Counted from the stretch's first letter, positions 39,152 to 52,100 are shown. The stretch is DNA of 64,000 nt from Mobula hypostoma (GCF_963921235.1 NC_086097.1:37450001-37514000), one strand, 5' to 3'. Notes: generated by a model from the letters alone, not told the origin. Numbers and translations: made by a program.

Positions 39152-39742
39152 TAGTGTTGAGAATAATTGTGGCAGAGGTGTTGCCTATTCAGATCAAGGA
39201 TTCTGTTGCAAAAGGAGGTGTTGGGGTAGTAGATCTCTCGTTGACTAAGGGCCACCCAGTGTGGACTCACCAATGTCTTGTATCATTGTAGTAAAGGTTA
39301 ACTTGATTTTTGTGAATTATTTTTGAATTGTTCTGCCACAAGAAAGCAGCACCAATCAACAAATACCCCGGACATTCAGTCCAGCCCTCTTCATGCTGCT
39401 ACCATTGGGCAGTAGGTACAGGAGTTTTAGGTCCCACACCACCAGGAACAGTTAATAAAGTACAACTGCTCTTGAACAGGCATGGATAATTTTAATCACC
39501 ACTGTACTGAACCAATTCTACAACATACAGACTCACTTTACAACTCATTTTCTCAGTATTACAGTACATTTCTTACTTGCATAGTTAGTCTTCTTTTGCA
39601 CATTGGTTGTTTGTCAGTCTATCTGTTTATATGCCTACAAGATGATGAATCTTAAACTGGTACTGTATATGGTAACATAGGAATATAAATTTACTTTGAT
39701 AATAAATTTACTTTGTACTGAACATCTGTCCTTGTGGATTAG

Positions 39743-39832
39743 GTGGAAGCCAACATGTTTACTTCTAACACAGCATGAAGAAAATTTTCAGAAGCAGCTT
39801 GTAGAGCAGCGTGCTAGCACAATAAGAGATAA
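39743..39832 (+). CDS. SIX6OS1: SIX6OS1 coding exon 4: WKPTCLLLTQHEENFQKQLVEQRASTIRD(K)
   Basis: attag| ... AA|gtaagc; 90 nt, phase 2-2; contains the conserved WKPTC....HE motif of SIX6OS1. Confidence 0.93.
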
Positions 39833-40494
39833 GTAAGCATTTTGTAGATTCCCATAGATTTATAGAGTTATGCAGCCCTTCAGCCCAGCTTGTCTATGCT
39901 AAGCAAGATACCTATTTACATTATTCTCACATGCCTGCATTTCGCTGTTGTGCAGAAAATACGTATGTGGTTTGGAGTGCATATGCATGTCCATATTCAA
40001 TTGTCTTTTGAACATGGTAATTGTTCTTGTCTGTTCTACCTCCTCTGGCAGCTCTTGCCATATATGCACCTCACTTTGCATGAAGTTGCCCCTCAAGTCC
40101 TGTTTAAATCGTCCCTCTCCCACTTTAAACCTCTGCCATCTAGTTTTAGACTCCTCTACCATGGAGATTGCATCTGCCCTGTCAATGCCACTCATAACTG
40201 TATAACAATCTATTTTATTCCTCCTCACCCCCCCCCCACATCCTTTCATGGCAGGGTACATATTCTGCTTTCTTTGTGCTAGTTATACTTTTCAACTCTT
40301 TCTACTTTAAAAACATAATAACAAAGCTTTCCTAATTTTGCCCTCCATGGCTGAAGAGTGTGTTCCCTTATCCATTGCCATTGGTAACCACTCCTGCACT
40401 TATTTAGGAGTATGTTTTTAATATGCTGCTGGAGCAAGTAGCCCTAGGATCTCATTTACTAATTCATAAATAAGTGTCTTTAACTGGTTACTAA

Positions 40495-43090
40495 TGACCC
40501 AGAATCATCAAATGCCCTTTCATCCCTGGGGTCATTCTCATAAACCTCATCTGGAGCCTCTCCAATGCCAATACATCCTTATTCAGATAAGGGGTCCAAA
40601 ACTGCTCACAATGCTCCAAATGTGGTATGACTGGCACCTAAAAAACCTCGACATTATATTCTTTAATACTGGAATCTAGTCAAAATGAATGCTAACATTG
40701 CATTTGTCTTCCTTACTACTGATTCAACTTGCAAGTTAACCTTTAGGTAATCTTGCTCTAGGACTCTCAAGTCCCCTTGCACCTTCAATTTCTGAATTTG
40801 CTCCCCATTTAGAAAATAATTTACATTTTTATTCCTTCTACCAAAGTGTATGACCATACACTTCCCTATGCTGTATTCCATCTGCCACTTCTGGCCCTGT
40901 CTCTGAACCTGTCCAAATTCTTCTGCAGACTCCCTGCTTTCTCAACACTACCTGCCTATCCAACTATTTTTGTATCATCCACCAATGTGGCTACAAAGCC
41001 ATCAATTTCATCATCCAGATTATTAACATAGAACATGAAAAGTAGCAGCCCTACACCAAACCCAGCAGAACACGACTCATTACTGTCAGCCAACCAGAAA
41101 AGGCTCCCTTTACTTCCACTCTTTGCCTTCTGCTGGTCAGCTAATCTTCTATCCATGCTAGTGACTTTCCTGTAATACCATGGTCTCCTGTCTTGGACAG
41201 CATCCTCATATGCAGCACTTTGTCAAAGGGCATCTGAAAATCCAAGTAAACAACATGTATTAACTCTCCTTTGTCTATTCTGTCTGTTACTTCCTCAAAG
41301 AATTCCAGAAGATTTGTCAGGCAGGATCTTCCCTTAAGGAAAACATGATATCTTCAACCTGTTTTATCATGTGCTTCAATGTACCGCAAAACTGCATAGT
41401 TAACAATGGACTCTTAAAATCTTACAAACCACTGAAGTCAGGCTAACCAGTCTATAGTTTTCTGTCTTTTGGCTTCCTCCCTTCTTAAAGAGTGGTGTGA
41501 AATTTGCAATTTTCCAGTCCACTGGAACCGTTCCTTACTCTAGTGATTTTTGATAGATCACTACAAATGCCTCCATATTCCCTTCATTTCCCTCTTTCAG
41601 AACCCTGGGGTGTAGTGATGGTCCATTCAGTGCAGATGACATATCCACCTTCAGATCTTTCCATTTCCCAAGCACCTTCTCCTTAGTGATTGTGCCTACA
41701 CTCACTTCTGACCCTTGACTCACTTGAACTTCTGGCATGTTGCTGGTATCTTCCACAGTGAAGACTAATACAAAATACTTATTCAGTTCATCAGCTATTT
41801 CTTTGATCCCCATTACTCCTGCTGCAGTGTCATTTTCCAGCAGTCCGATATCTACTCTAGCCTTGCCTTTACCCTCTATATAGTATTTGAAAAAAAAATA
41901 GTATCCCCTTTTAGATTATTGGCTAACTTCATGTTGCTTTTTCAGTTGCATTTTGTTGGTTGTTAAAAGCTTCCTAATCCTCTGGTTTCCTGCTATGTCT
42001 TGCAATTTATGTACTCTCTTGCCTTTATGCTGTCTTTGATTTCTTTTATTAGCCACAGTCCCCACATTCTCACTTCTTAAATATTCTTCTTCTTTTGGAT
42101 GAAGTGATCCTGTATCTTCCAAATTACTCACAGAAACTCCTGCTTTTGCTGTTCCACTGTCATCCTTGCTAGGGTCTGCCTCCAATCAACCTTGGCCAGC
42201 TCCTGTCTCATGTCTTTGTAGTTAATTGTAATACCAATACATCTGAATTTATCTTCTCCCTCTTAAACCTCAGAGTGAATTATATCATATTATGATCACT
42301 GTCTCCAAAAGGTTCCTTTACCTTAAGCTCCCTCATCAAATCTGGTTCATTGCACAAGCCCAAATACAGAATTGCCCTTTACCTAGTGAGTTCAAACTGT
42401 CTTGTAGGCATTCTACAAATTTCTTCTCATAGGATCCAATGCCAACCTGATTTTCTCAGTCTACCTGAATATTGAGGTCCCCCATGACTTTGCCTTTCTT
42501 ACATGTCATTTCTTTCACCTGCTGTAATTTGTACTCCACATTGTGGCTACTATTCGGGGACCTGTATATAACTCTTATCGGGATCTTTTTACCCTTGCAA
42601 TTTCTTAACTCTACCCACAAGGATTCTACATCTTCAGATCCTGTTACTTCTTGCTAAGGATTTGATTTGTTTTTTCACCAACAGAATCACTCCACTCACC
42701 TCTGCCCACCTGCTTATCTTTTTGTTACAATGTGTATCTTTGGATATTTAACTCCCAGCTGCGATCTTTCAGCCATGATTCTATGATGCCCACAATATTT
42801 TACCTGCCAATTTCTAACTACGCTATAAGATTCTATACCTTATTTCTTAAATTACTTGATTTCAAATATATAATAGCTTAATTCTTGCACTCACCATTCC
42901 TCTTCTCAAATTTGTCATCATGTTTTCTGAAGTTAGATTCTTATCCTTTTCTAAACTTTCTTTCTTATTTTTTATTCTGGAGACTTCAGTGACCTCTCTA
43001 GTGTTCTCCTTCCCTTTTTTATTATCCATACTTCTCCAGTCTGTTGAACTGCTCTACTATTGTGTTTAAAGCTCTAACCATAGATCTAGT
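40495..43090 (-). mobile_element. Long, heavily degenerate CR1 LINE
   Basis: Fragments EYSIGKCMVIHFGRRN, VNNLDDEIDGFVATLVDDTKI and EIADELNKYFVLVFTVED occur in order on minus. Confidence 0.8.
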
Positions 43091-43836
43091 TATGCGATCT
43101 TTTTCTTGTGCTGTCTGCTGTGGTCATCTTTGCCAGAAGAATGGGATCATTGAACATCTTGTGTTGGAGTGCTTCTAACTTCTTAACCTTTTCCACCATT
43201 TATAATGTTCAAGCCAGGAGTGTGATGGAATACTTTTCTCTTGCATATGTATCTAATTCAACACCATTAATATAAAGCAGAGATGTAACCCACCCATCAC
43301 CTTAAATATTCACTCCCTCCACTACCAACACACATTTTGCAATACATATCCTCTATAAAATGTAATGCAGTTATTCCCCATCACTTTTCCAAAGCATTTT
43401 CCTACCTACTGACCTCTGAAATCAGAAAGAGTGAAGATATCAATTAGATATCACCACCACAATTCCACTCGTTCACGCACTATTTTAGTTTGGAAATTCA
43501 TCATCATTCATAAGCATTACTAATTGAAATCTTGCACCAGTATCTTTATCAGTTCTACAGCATTTGTCCATAAACCACCATGAAGGCTGTTGAGGATGGG
43601 GAATAATTGCTGGTCTTGTCACTGACATGCATATTCTGTATATTAATTTTAAAGAAGATAATCAGTGATTTATCTGTTGTTTGAGGATGGGCTAGAAGAA
43701 AATAAGATAATTGTTTTATGATATTTTCTGAATATCATTGAATTATTATAATGATATACTGTATGCTATGTGCTTTTTAATGGCACAAGAGGTAACTAAC
43801 TCAATTAATATTGCAAGGATAATTGAATTTTCACAG

Positions 43837-44024
43837 GCAGATGTATCAGGAATATATAAAACAATACAAAGATATTTTGCAACAGCATCAATCACAGTAT
43901 TCTGAATTTCCTCAAGCTAAAGAGTTTTTAAGAAAAAAAGTAGAGTTGGAAGACATTCGATGTAGAGTATTGAACTGCACTGAACAAATGAAACAAAAGA
44001 CACAGTTCCTTGCAGACCTTCTAG
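43837..44024 (+). CDS. SIX6OS1: SIX6OS1 coding exon 5: QMYQEYIKQYKDILQQHQSQYSEFPQAKEFLRKKVELEDIRCRVLNCTEQMKQKTQFLADLL
   Basis: ttttcacag| ... G|gtaatt; 188 nt, phase 2-1; strong match to mammalian EMYHDYICQYKEVLKQYQLKYSE...EEIQSRVLACTEQLK. Confidence 0.95.
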
Positions 44025-44131
44025 GTAATTAAAATTTGATTAGTGCAGTAGAATTAGAATGAAAAGCCTTCAACGGAAAGTGTTTGTATTTTAAAAAGAA
44101 ATAATTGCATTTTTTTTTATCTCTTTCGCAG

Positions 44132-44174
44132 AGCCATCATCTTTTGAATCATTCCATGAATGGGCTCTAGAAAT
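44132..44174 (+). CDS. SIX6OS1: SIX6OS1 coding exon 6: (E)PSSFESFHEWALE(I)
   Basis: Long pyrimidine tract ..tttcgcag|; donor AT|gtatcc; 43 nt, phase 1-2; aligns to PAPFPSLTKWTLNI. Confidence 0.9.
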
Positions 44175-45698
44175 GTATCCACCAAGATTATTTTTTTATT
44201 ATTATGTTTGGTTGAATGTAACACAGCTGTGCACTCTTAATGGTGTCGTATATATATTTAGTGCATATTATGCATTTTCATTTTTCCATGTAATCATAAC
44301 AATAATTATGAATCAATGTAAGATGTCTTTAAGTTTTAAAATTGGAAGTGTAAGTAACAGGATTTGAAGGCTCCATGGAAACCACATCAATCTTGCTGTT
44401 TTACATTAGCTATTATCGACATAGTCAAGGGTCTAAGTCATTGGTATTGTTAAGACTAATGCCCACCAAGGCTCCCCGAGACATTGTTAAAAGGTCTAAA
44501 CTTCCTGAAGATCATTACTTACACCTAACAGTTATGTCACATCACCACACAGTTGAAAGGCAAGACAAAATATTGCTAGATTTCTTCATTCCTTGCACTG
44601 GAGAGGCACTTCCACAATTGCTTGATTATAATGAATTTCAACTGGTTTAAGCCTTGTTTTTAATACTCCAGTTTACAAAAAAAATATTTATTTGAACACT
44701 AACTCAAATTGATGTATCATTTCAGAAGTGATTTGTTGCATTTAAGTAATGAAACAAGTTCTGCCAGATTAGGAAAAAGTTCCATTCAATCCCATCCCTG
44801 TTAAAAATATGGTTTAAATCAATCATTCCTTGGAATTTGATTTGAGTTTTCCTTGAGTAGTGGCACCCTCTACATGCTAATCTTTTTCTTACTCCTACTC
44901 CTAGGAAAATAGCTGATCCTGATAAATCTATTTCTACTGTATGCGGAAGATAGCTCAAAGGATTTTTCTGTTGATATAAAAAATCTTAAAGATACGCATC
45001 TGCTATTTTTTTTCATTTTGCTAAGCTTGGCTTACATTTTAGTATATGGAACATAGAACAGCACAGCATAGGAACAGGCCCTTTGGCCCACAGTATCTGC
45101 ACTGAACACAATGCCAAGTTAAATTGAATTTCTTCTGTTTGTACATGAGCCATGACCCTCTATTTCCAGCATAATAGCCTCTTAAAAATCACTATTGTAT
45201 CAGTTTTCACCAGTACCACTGGAGGCCTGTTCTTGGCACCTATCTCTCTGTGAAAAAACATTGCCTTACATATCTCCTTTAAACTTTTTCTCTCTCACTT
45301 TAATTACATGTCATTTTTTACTTTTGAAATTCTTATGTTGTTTTATATATGAGAAAGACTATAGAATGTTTGCAATTGCAGTGTTGGTAATTCAAGACAT
45401 ATTCACATTTTAATGTAGACTTGATAATGAAGTGTTTTTGGGTTATGATACTTCCAATAACTTAAGTACAGCACCAATCTGGAGACAACATTACTGGAGC
45501 AAAAAAAACATAACTGAAGAGATAGAGTTATAACTTCAAAATCTCAAAATACAAAGTTTGTACCCAGAAGTTGATAATCAGTGAGTCAACTGGTAGTGGT
45601 ATGAACATTGTTGATATCATCTGACATTATGTTCAAATCATTTAGAGTAATTCCACTAAAGTTTGGTATGTTTTGTATTACTCATTTAACACTAATAG

Positions 45699-45804
45699 TG
45701 CCAGGTTAAAAACAGACACAAATAATGTTCTGCGATATATTAATACACTCAGAAAAGAGAAGGCATCTGAAGATAAGTATGAACAGTTGGAAAATGTTGC
45801 ACAG
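45699..45804 (+). CDS. SIX6OS1: SIX6OS1 coding exon 7: ARLKTDTNNVLRYINTLRKEKASEDKYEQLENVAQ
   Basis: ctaatag| ... CAG|gtaact; 106 nt, phase 2-0; aligns to VNLRCETQDILKH. Confidence 0.85.
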
Positions 45805-45972
45805 GTAACTTAAGTCTTTAATTTGCATTGCAACTTGTAATTTTTTTATGTGTTACTGTATTATGCAAACTTTAGTAGGTGTTGTTACTAGAATTCTAAC
45901 TAGAGAGTAGAAGTGATTAATGTACTTTACTGTAACTACTATAATTGGTAATACACAGCTTGAGTTGTAGAA

Positions 45973-46190
45973 CGCAAACACGAGGAATTCTGCAGATGCT
46001 GGAAATTCAAGCAACACACATCAAGGTTGCTGGTGAATGCAGCAGGTCAGGCAGCATCTCTAGGAAGAGGTACAGCTCTTCCTTCAGTTAGTCCTGAGGA
46101 AGGGTCCCGGCCTGAAACGTGGACTGTACCTCTTCCTAGAGGTGCTGCCTGACCTGCTGCGTTCACCAGCAACTTTGACGTGTGTTGCTT
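45973..46190. mobile_element. Palindromic Penelope pLTR insertion (inverted tail pair around a hammerhead core)
   Basis: Arm ~46007-46075 is the reverse complement of ~46124-46192. Central CTGAGGA..GAAACGTG. Flanked by the imperfect direct repeat gcttgagttRtagaa. Confidence 0.8.
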
Positions 46191-46868
46191 GAGTTATAGA
46201 ATGCAGTTTGGCTGTCTGAGATCTGAAATTTTAAACATAGAATCGAGAATGATTGCGACATTCCTGAATTTATTTAATTCTCATAATTGAAGTACAGTAA
46301 TGCAGAAAATAATCCAATCATGTATTAATTAAGTAGAACTTTAGAATTCTTGCTTAATTCTGCAACCACATATAATGGTTGCAGAAGAGGTTTACCAGGA
46401 TGCTGCCTAGTTTAGAGGGCTTGTACTTTCATGAGAGGCTGGACAAACTTGGGTTTATTTCTTTGGAGCAGTGAAGGCTCAAGGGAAATCTGATAGAGGT
46501 TTATTGAATTATGAAAGATATAGATGGAGTAGATAGGGAGTATCTTTTTCCCTGGATAATTATGTCTGATACCAGAGGGCATGCATTGAAAGTGAGAGGG
46601 GGTAGGTTCAAAGGGGATGTGAAATGTAAGTTTTTTTTACTCAGAGAGTGGTGGGTGCCTCAAATGCATTGCCTAGTATAATGGTAGAAGCAACTATATT
46701 AGAGGCTTTTAAGAGATGTTTAGATAGACACATGAATATGAGGAAGATGGAGGTATATGAACATTGTGTAGGGTGGAGAGATTAGCTTTTGGTTTTTTTA
46801 AATTTAAGAGCCTGTTCCCATGCTGTACCATTCTATGTTCTATTATGTATTTTTATTTCTTCTACCAG

Positions 46869-46966
46869 TTTGGTGATTCTGGTAATGAAGAACTAAATGA
46901 ACTTCAATCAAGTCTGTCACATATCAATTTGCCAAATATTGCCACTTCAAAGGAACAAGTTCAAAG
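46869..46966 (+). CDS. SIX6OS1: SIX6OS1 coding exon 8: FGDSGNEELNELQSSLSHINLPNIATSKEQVQ(R)
   Basis: Strong acceptor tttcttctaccag|, donor AG|gtacag; 98 nt, phase 0-2; keeps the frame open between its neighbours. Sequence conservation is low. Confidence 0.75.
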
Positions 46967-48546
46967 GTACAGTTTTACTATTAAGTAAATGAATGTATCA
47001 AATAAATCTGATAGAAAGCTACACGTCATACAGGGAATTGTTGTATTGCTTGGGTGAACCGCCTGGTTCTTGAAGATTTCATGAGCATGTGATCAAGACT
47101 TCCCTCTGCAAAAGTACTTGAGATTGGTGTATTTACAGGAACTTCCTGCAGAGAACTTATAGTGAGGCTCCTATATTTTCTAGGAATATCTGTTATTGAA
47201 CTAAAAGGACTTTTAAGTTTCAAAATAGCTCAATAGACTGGTCTTGTATTGTTATGTGAGACTTCTTCAGCAATAGTTACACCCAATCACTTACTTTGTA
47301 TGTGTTTTGTTGGTAGTCCTTCAAGTACATTTATAAACCCTGTACCTTTGAATAACTTGAACATACAATTTACTATGTGACAGTTCGGAATAGATCTGCA
47401 AGGAAGACATTTTGTCCATCTTTGAAATAATCTTTTATCTTAATTTTCTGTCTTTTAGCTTTAAACCAATTATTAATTGTGTGTGCTGCTCTGGATTTCC
47501 AGCATCTGCAGTTTTAGTGTGTGTTGCTCCATATTATAGTGTTAATTCCAGTTTATGTGCAGCAGTAATTATTTTCTTACCACAGTTGTTCAATATCCTA
47601 AGAAACCACATTGTGCTGTTAAATTCTGCCAATCAAAATTTTAGGCCTAGATCACTAATGTTGGCGATAGGCTTTTATGCCACAATTTTTTCGATTCATA
47701 CCTGCCCATTTGGTTGTGGTTTGCTTTGGTTATTATACCTTTTGCTTCTAAATCATTGCCCAGTCATCCCAGCACATTTTGCCAAAGTATCAAGATGATT
47801 TTAGGTATTTCTTAAGAATGCAAACATTTATTTTTAGGTTTTGTCATCAGTTTTATTGCCCACACATGTAAACAAGCTTTTGTATGTCAAACACTTTTCC
47901 TTGCCCACATGGGCATTACAAAGGTATTCAAGTTTTCTGATGATACAAAAATAGGTGGGAGAGAATGTTGTAATGAAGATTTTTGGTCTCTGCAACAGGA
48001 CACATATAAGTTGAGTGAGTGGGAGAAATCCTGGCTTTTTTCATTTTGGTAAGAGGAATCTAAAGTCAGATTATTATCTAAATGTTGAAAGATAGCAAAT
48101 GAGTGAAGTACAGAAGTGTCTAGATGTTATATGCATGAATTACCTGTTAGGGATCATTTTGGAGCTGTGAAATTATAAATAGCATAATTATGGATTAACT
48201 AAAATGAGAACAAGTTTTCAGGAAATAAAAGAGACCAATTGTTAGACAGTATTGGATAGTTTGGAAAGACAGGGTTGCCAATCTTTTGTTTACATAATAT
48301 GGGAATTAATGTGGAAACATTTGAGGGAGAAGTTATACTCAGACATATCTGTTGAGATGGCACCTATTGAGGTCTGACAAAGGCAGGCCAGTAATACTGA
48401 CAACCCCAGCCCGCCCTTGGCACTGATTGCTACCATTCACAAACCCGTTACCTCCGGGGAGAGTGGAACATTTTGTCTGAGTTATCCACATGAAGTTGCT
48501 TGTGAGAATGCAGAATACTGGCACAAGCATGAAAAAAATGATTTAA

Positions 48547-48762
48547 GCAACACTCACAACACGCTGGAGGAACTCAGCGGGTCGGGCAGCATCCGTGGAA
48601 AAGATCGGTCGGCGTTTCAGGCCGGAACCGTTCGGACTAATGAAGAGTTCCAGCCCGAAATGTCGACCGATCTTTTCCATGGATGCTGCCCGACCTGCTG
48701 AGTTCCTCCAGCGTGTTGTGAGTGTTGCTTTGACCCCAGCATCTGCAGATTATTTTGTGTTT
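48547..48762. mobile_element. Palindromic Penelope pLTR insertion with a 14-bp TSD
   Basis: ~85-bp inverted arms (~48545-48630 / ~48645-48730) plus tail. TSD aaaaaatgatttaa at 48533-48546 and 48763-48776. Confidence 0.85.
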
Positions 48763-49878
48763 AAAAAATGATTTAAATTCACTAGAATAATCTCTAGCAT
48801 TAACAAAAGTTAATACAAAGATGTAGTAAATGGTTAGGAAGGCAAATGGCCTTTATTGCAAAATGGATGGAATTACAGAAATAGACATGCGTATAGCTAT
48901 ATTCAGCATGGATCTATATTCTTTGAAATTTAGGAAGAATGAAAGATAATACCATCGAAATATATGATCCTAAAGTGGTAGATATCAAAATGCTTGCACA
49001 ACTGGGAGAATCTCTTATTAACAAGTTTGGGGAATGGTCATTTAAAACTGAAAGTGCATTGGAAATTCTGTGTTTGCAGATGGTGGCGAATCACTGGAAT
49101 TCTCTGCCATGGAGGGCGTAGAGGCTAGATTATCGAAGGTGGTTAAAGAGAAGATAGGTTTATATTTGAAAGATCAGGGATTTGAGGGTCACGTAGAAAT
49201 GGGGTGGACCAGCTTTGATCATGTTTAATGTTGGGGCCATTTTAGGAGTTAACTGGCCAACTCCTGCTCTTGTTTTCATTTCACTTGTCTTCTTTTGACC
49301 ACAAACACTGACGGATTATTATGAAACCCATGAGGTACATTAACATCCTTCTGCTATACTGAAGTGGTCTGGCCTTATTGACTCCAAACTTATAGCAATG
49401 TGGTTGGCCCATAAACAAATGTCTTCTAGAATGACTTAAACCTCACTTAACATGCAATGACAGATAGACAGTAAAAGCTACCTTTTATAATGATGCCCAT
49501 GTCCCCCAAAAAAGATCTGGAATTTTGATTATTTATAATTGACATAATGGGATTGAGTGGAAACAGTGTACCCTATTCGAAACTGTAAATCTGTTTCCAA
49601 CCATTCAATCTATTCTTCCATATTATAAAATTATATATCATTTCACATAGCTTCCTTTGAATATTTTCTATATGTGGGAGTGACCTGAAGCTACTCCTGC
49701 ACAAAAATGTAAAGGAACAACGACATAGTGGTAGAACTTTATAGAGAAGAACATTTGGCGCACTTCCTCCCCTAAGTGAGTTACCCTATAGCAGTTAAAT
49801 GTGGTATGCAAAAGCAAAATAATGCAGATTCTAGAAACCTGAAAATTAAACAAAGAAAAAATATCAGATATATACGTA

Positions 49879-50291
49879 GGAGGGGTGATTGATAAGTTCA
49901 TGGCCTAAGGTAGAAGGAGTCAATTTTAGAAAACCTAGCACGTTTATTTTTCAACATAGTCCCCTCCTACATTTACACACTTAGTCCAGCGGTCGTGGAG
50001 CATGTGGGTCCCTTCTTTGTAGAAGTCGGCGTCTTGGACCTCCAGTTATGGGTTTGAAGTTAATAACTCATTTCCTTCTACCTTAGGCCACGAGCTTATC
50101 AATCACCCCTGCTGTGGACCACTTCTGGAGGTCCAAAACGCTGACTTCTACAAAGAAGGGACCCATATGCTCCACGACCGCTGGACTAAGTGTGTAAATG
50201 TAGGAGGGGACTATATTGAAAAATAAATGTGCTAGGTTTTCTGAAATTGACTCCTTCTACCTTAGGCCACAAACTTATCAATCACCCCTCG
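49879..50291. mobile_element. Mariner-derived palindromic MITE (167-bp arms, TA TSD)
   Basis: Arms 49879-50045 and 50125-50291 are reverse complements. The right arm encodes DFYKEGTHMLHDRWTKCVNVGGDYIEK*, a mariner transposase C-terminus. Flanked by TA. Confidence 0.9.
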
Positions 50292-50711
50292 TATGTTGTG
50301 CAGAAACTGAGTAGAAAAAAACAAGTATTAAGATTCCACATCCATAGCAAGTCATCAGAACCAGAAAAAAAGTGTTAAGAGAAAGGGCTGGGAGAATGGG
50401 GATTGTGGGGAGGTGCAAGAGGCAAGTAACTAACAAGATCTGAAACAGGGTGGAACGTCAAAGAGCTAAAATGCCAAAAGGCTTGATGATGTAAAGCAAA
50501 AGTAGGTATTATTGGAGCAATTAGAACAAAGTATACATCTAAGGGAGTTTTATATGGGAGCAGCAGAAGCATTATCTGGAATTGTTCAAATAAATACATT
50601 CAAAAGGCTGAGAGTGCCCCATGGGAAAATACTTTTGAATTTACATTGATCTAGAGTAGAATGGTGCAGGACAAAGAGCCTAATGCAATTGCATCTGAAT
50701 TTTATTTGTAG

Positions 50712-50863
50712 GAATTACCAACAGCTGGAATACCCGGTTACGTTAAATACTGTGGTAAGTCCTGAACAGGCACAATCCCAGGAACATGCTACAGTCGATC
50801 AGAAATCAACATTATTTTTGAAGCCATTCCTATTGCCATGGCAAAAGTCACAGACAGAAACAG
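50712..50863 (+). CDS. SIX6OS1: SIX6OS1 coding exon 9: NYQQLEYPVTLNTVVSPEQAQSQEHATVDQKSTLFLKPFLLPWQKSQTET
   Basis: ttttatttgtag| ... CAG|gtatgt; 152 nt, phase 2-1; VTLN matches mammalian LTLN. Confidence 0.75.
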
Positions 50864-51552
50864 GTATGTACTTCATTTTCAGCAAAGTTATAGTAAGTAA
50901 ATGTGTATTGATTCTTTTTCTATCAATTTTGGAATTTAATTTTTTAAAATATCAGAGAAAAATTATTATAATGAATCTTCGCAATACCTTCCCAAGTGCT
51001 GAAGGGTTCATATATTTCCTGAGAATAGATTCTAAGACAATTGTTTCTATGGCTGCATAATTGAGGAAATACCAAGTATAACCTGAGTTCTTGTGAGCTC
51101 TTAGGTTTTTGTTTGGTATTAAATACGGAGAATTAAGGAAAGATGTAATTTTATAGTAAAATGTAATTAGAATTAAGTATTAATTAAGTGCATTTCAGTC
51201 AGCGCTCCATAATTTCTTCAGTAGAAAATTGGTTCCATTTGTAGTTACTCATAAGCTTAAACTTTTGCTATTATGGAATTTCCTTCCATTTCCAGTGATC
51301 CTCCAGTTATGCTTTGATGTACTTGATTACACTTTGAATGTTCCCATAGTATTCTTGACAGAATCACAAAGTCATAGATTCAGGCTGTCCATTATGACTT
51401 AAACACTGAACTTAGATTGACATTGAAGTGTTGTATTGAGTAAAAGGAGTCAAGAGTTTCATATTCTTACACTCATGTTGAGGTCAGACAATGGGATTTT
51501 GAAAAACCACCTTGATTTCACACCCAGAAACTTCTGTCACACTTGTTTTAGA

Positions 51553-52100
51553 ACATAAAACATACTGTTGAACACGACAGTACAGCATGGGCCCTGTGGC
51601 CCAAGATATTTTGCCAACCTACTCCATAGACAACCTAACCCTTCCCTCCTACATAGCTCATAACCCTCCATGTTTCTTTCATCCATGTGCCTATTTAAGA
51701 GTTGCTTAAATGTCCCTAATGTATTTGCCTCAACCACTTCACCAAGCAGTGCATTTCAGGCACTTACCACTCTGTGTAAAAAACCTACATCTGACATCTC
51801 CCCTAAACTTTCCTTTGATATTAGTCATTGCTACCTTTGAAAAAGGTGCTGGCTGTCTACTTCTTATAATTTTATGCATCTCAATAAAGTTGTCTCTCAT
51901 GCTCCACTCAAAAGAGAAAAGCCTCAGCTTGCTCATTCTTTCCACATAAGACAAATTCTCTATTCCAGGCATCATCCTGGTAAATCTCCTCTGCACGCTC
52001 TTTATAACTTCTACATCCTTTCTATAATGAGGTGACCAGAACTGAACACAATACTCCAAGTGTGGTTTAATCTGAGATTTATAAAGCTGCAATATTACCC
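51553..52100 (-). mobile_element. CR1 LINE 3' fragment
   Basis: ORF 51739-52122 [28 protein letters not shown]. Confidence 0.85.

Noticed and set aside
50864..51060. C-terminal extension of ORF 50683-51060 as coding sequence
   Set aside because: It follows a canonical CAG|gtatgt donor and is AT-rich and intron-like; a phase-compatible downstream exon exists.
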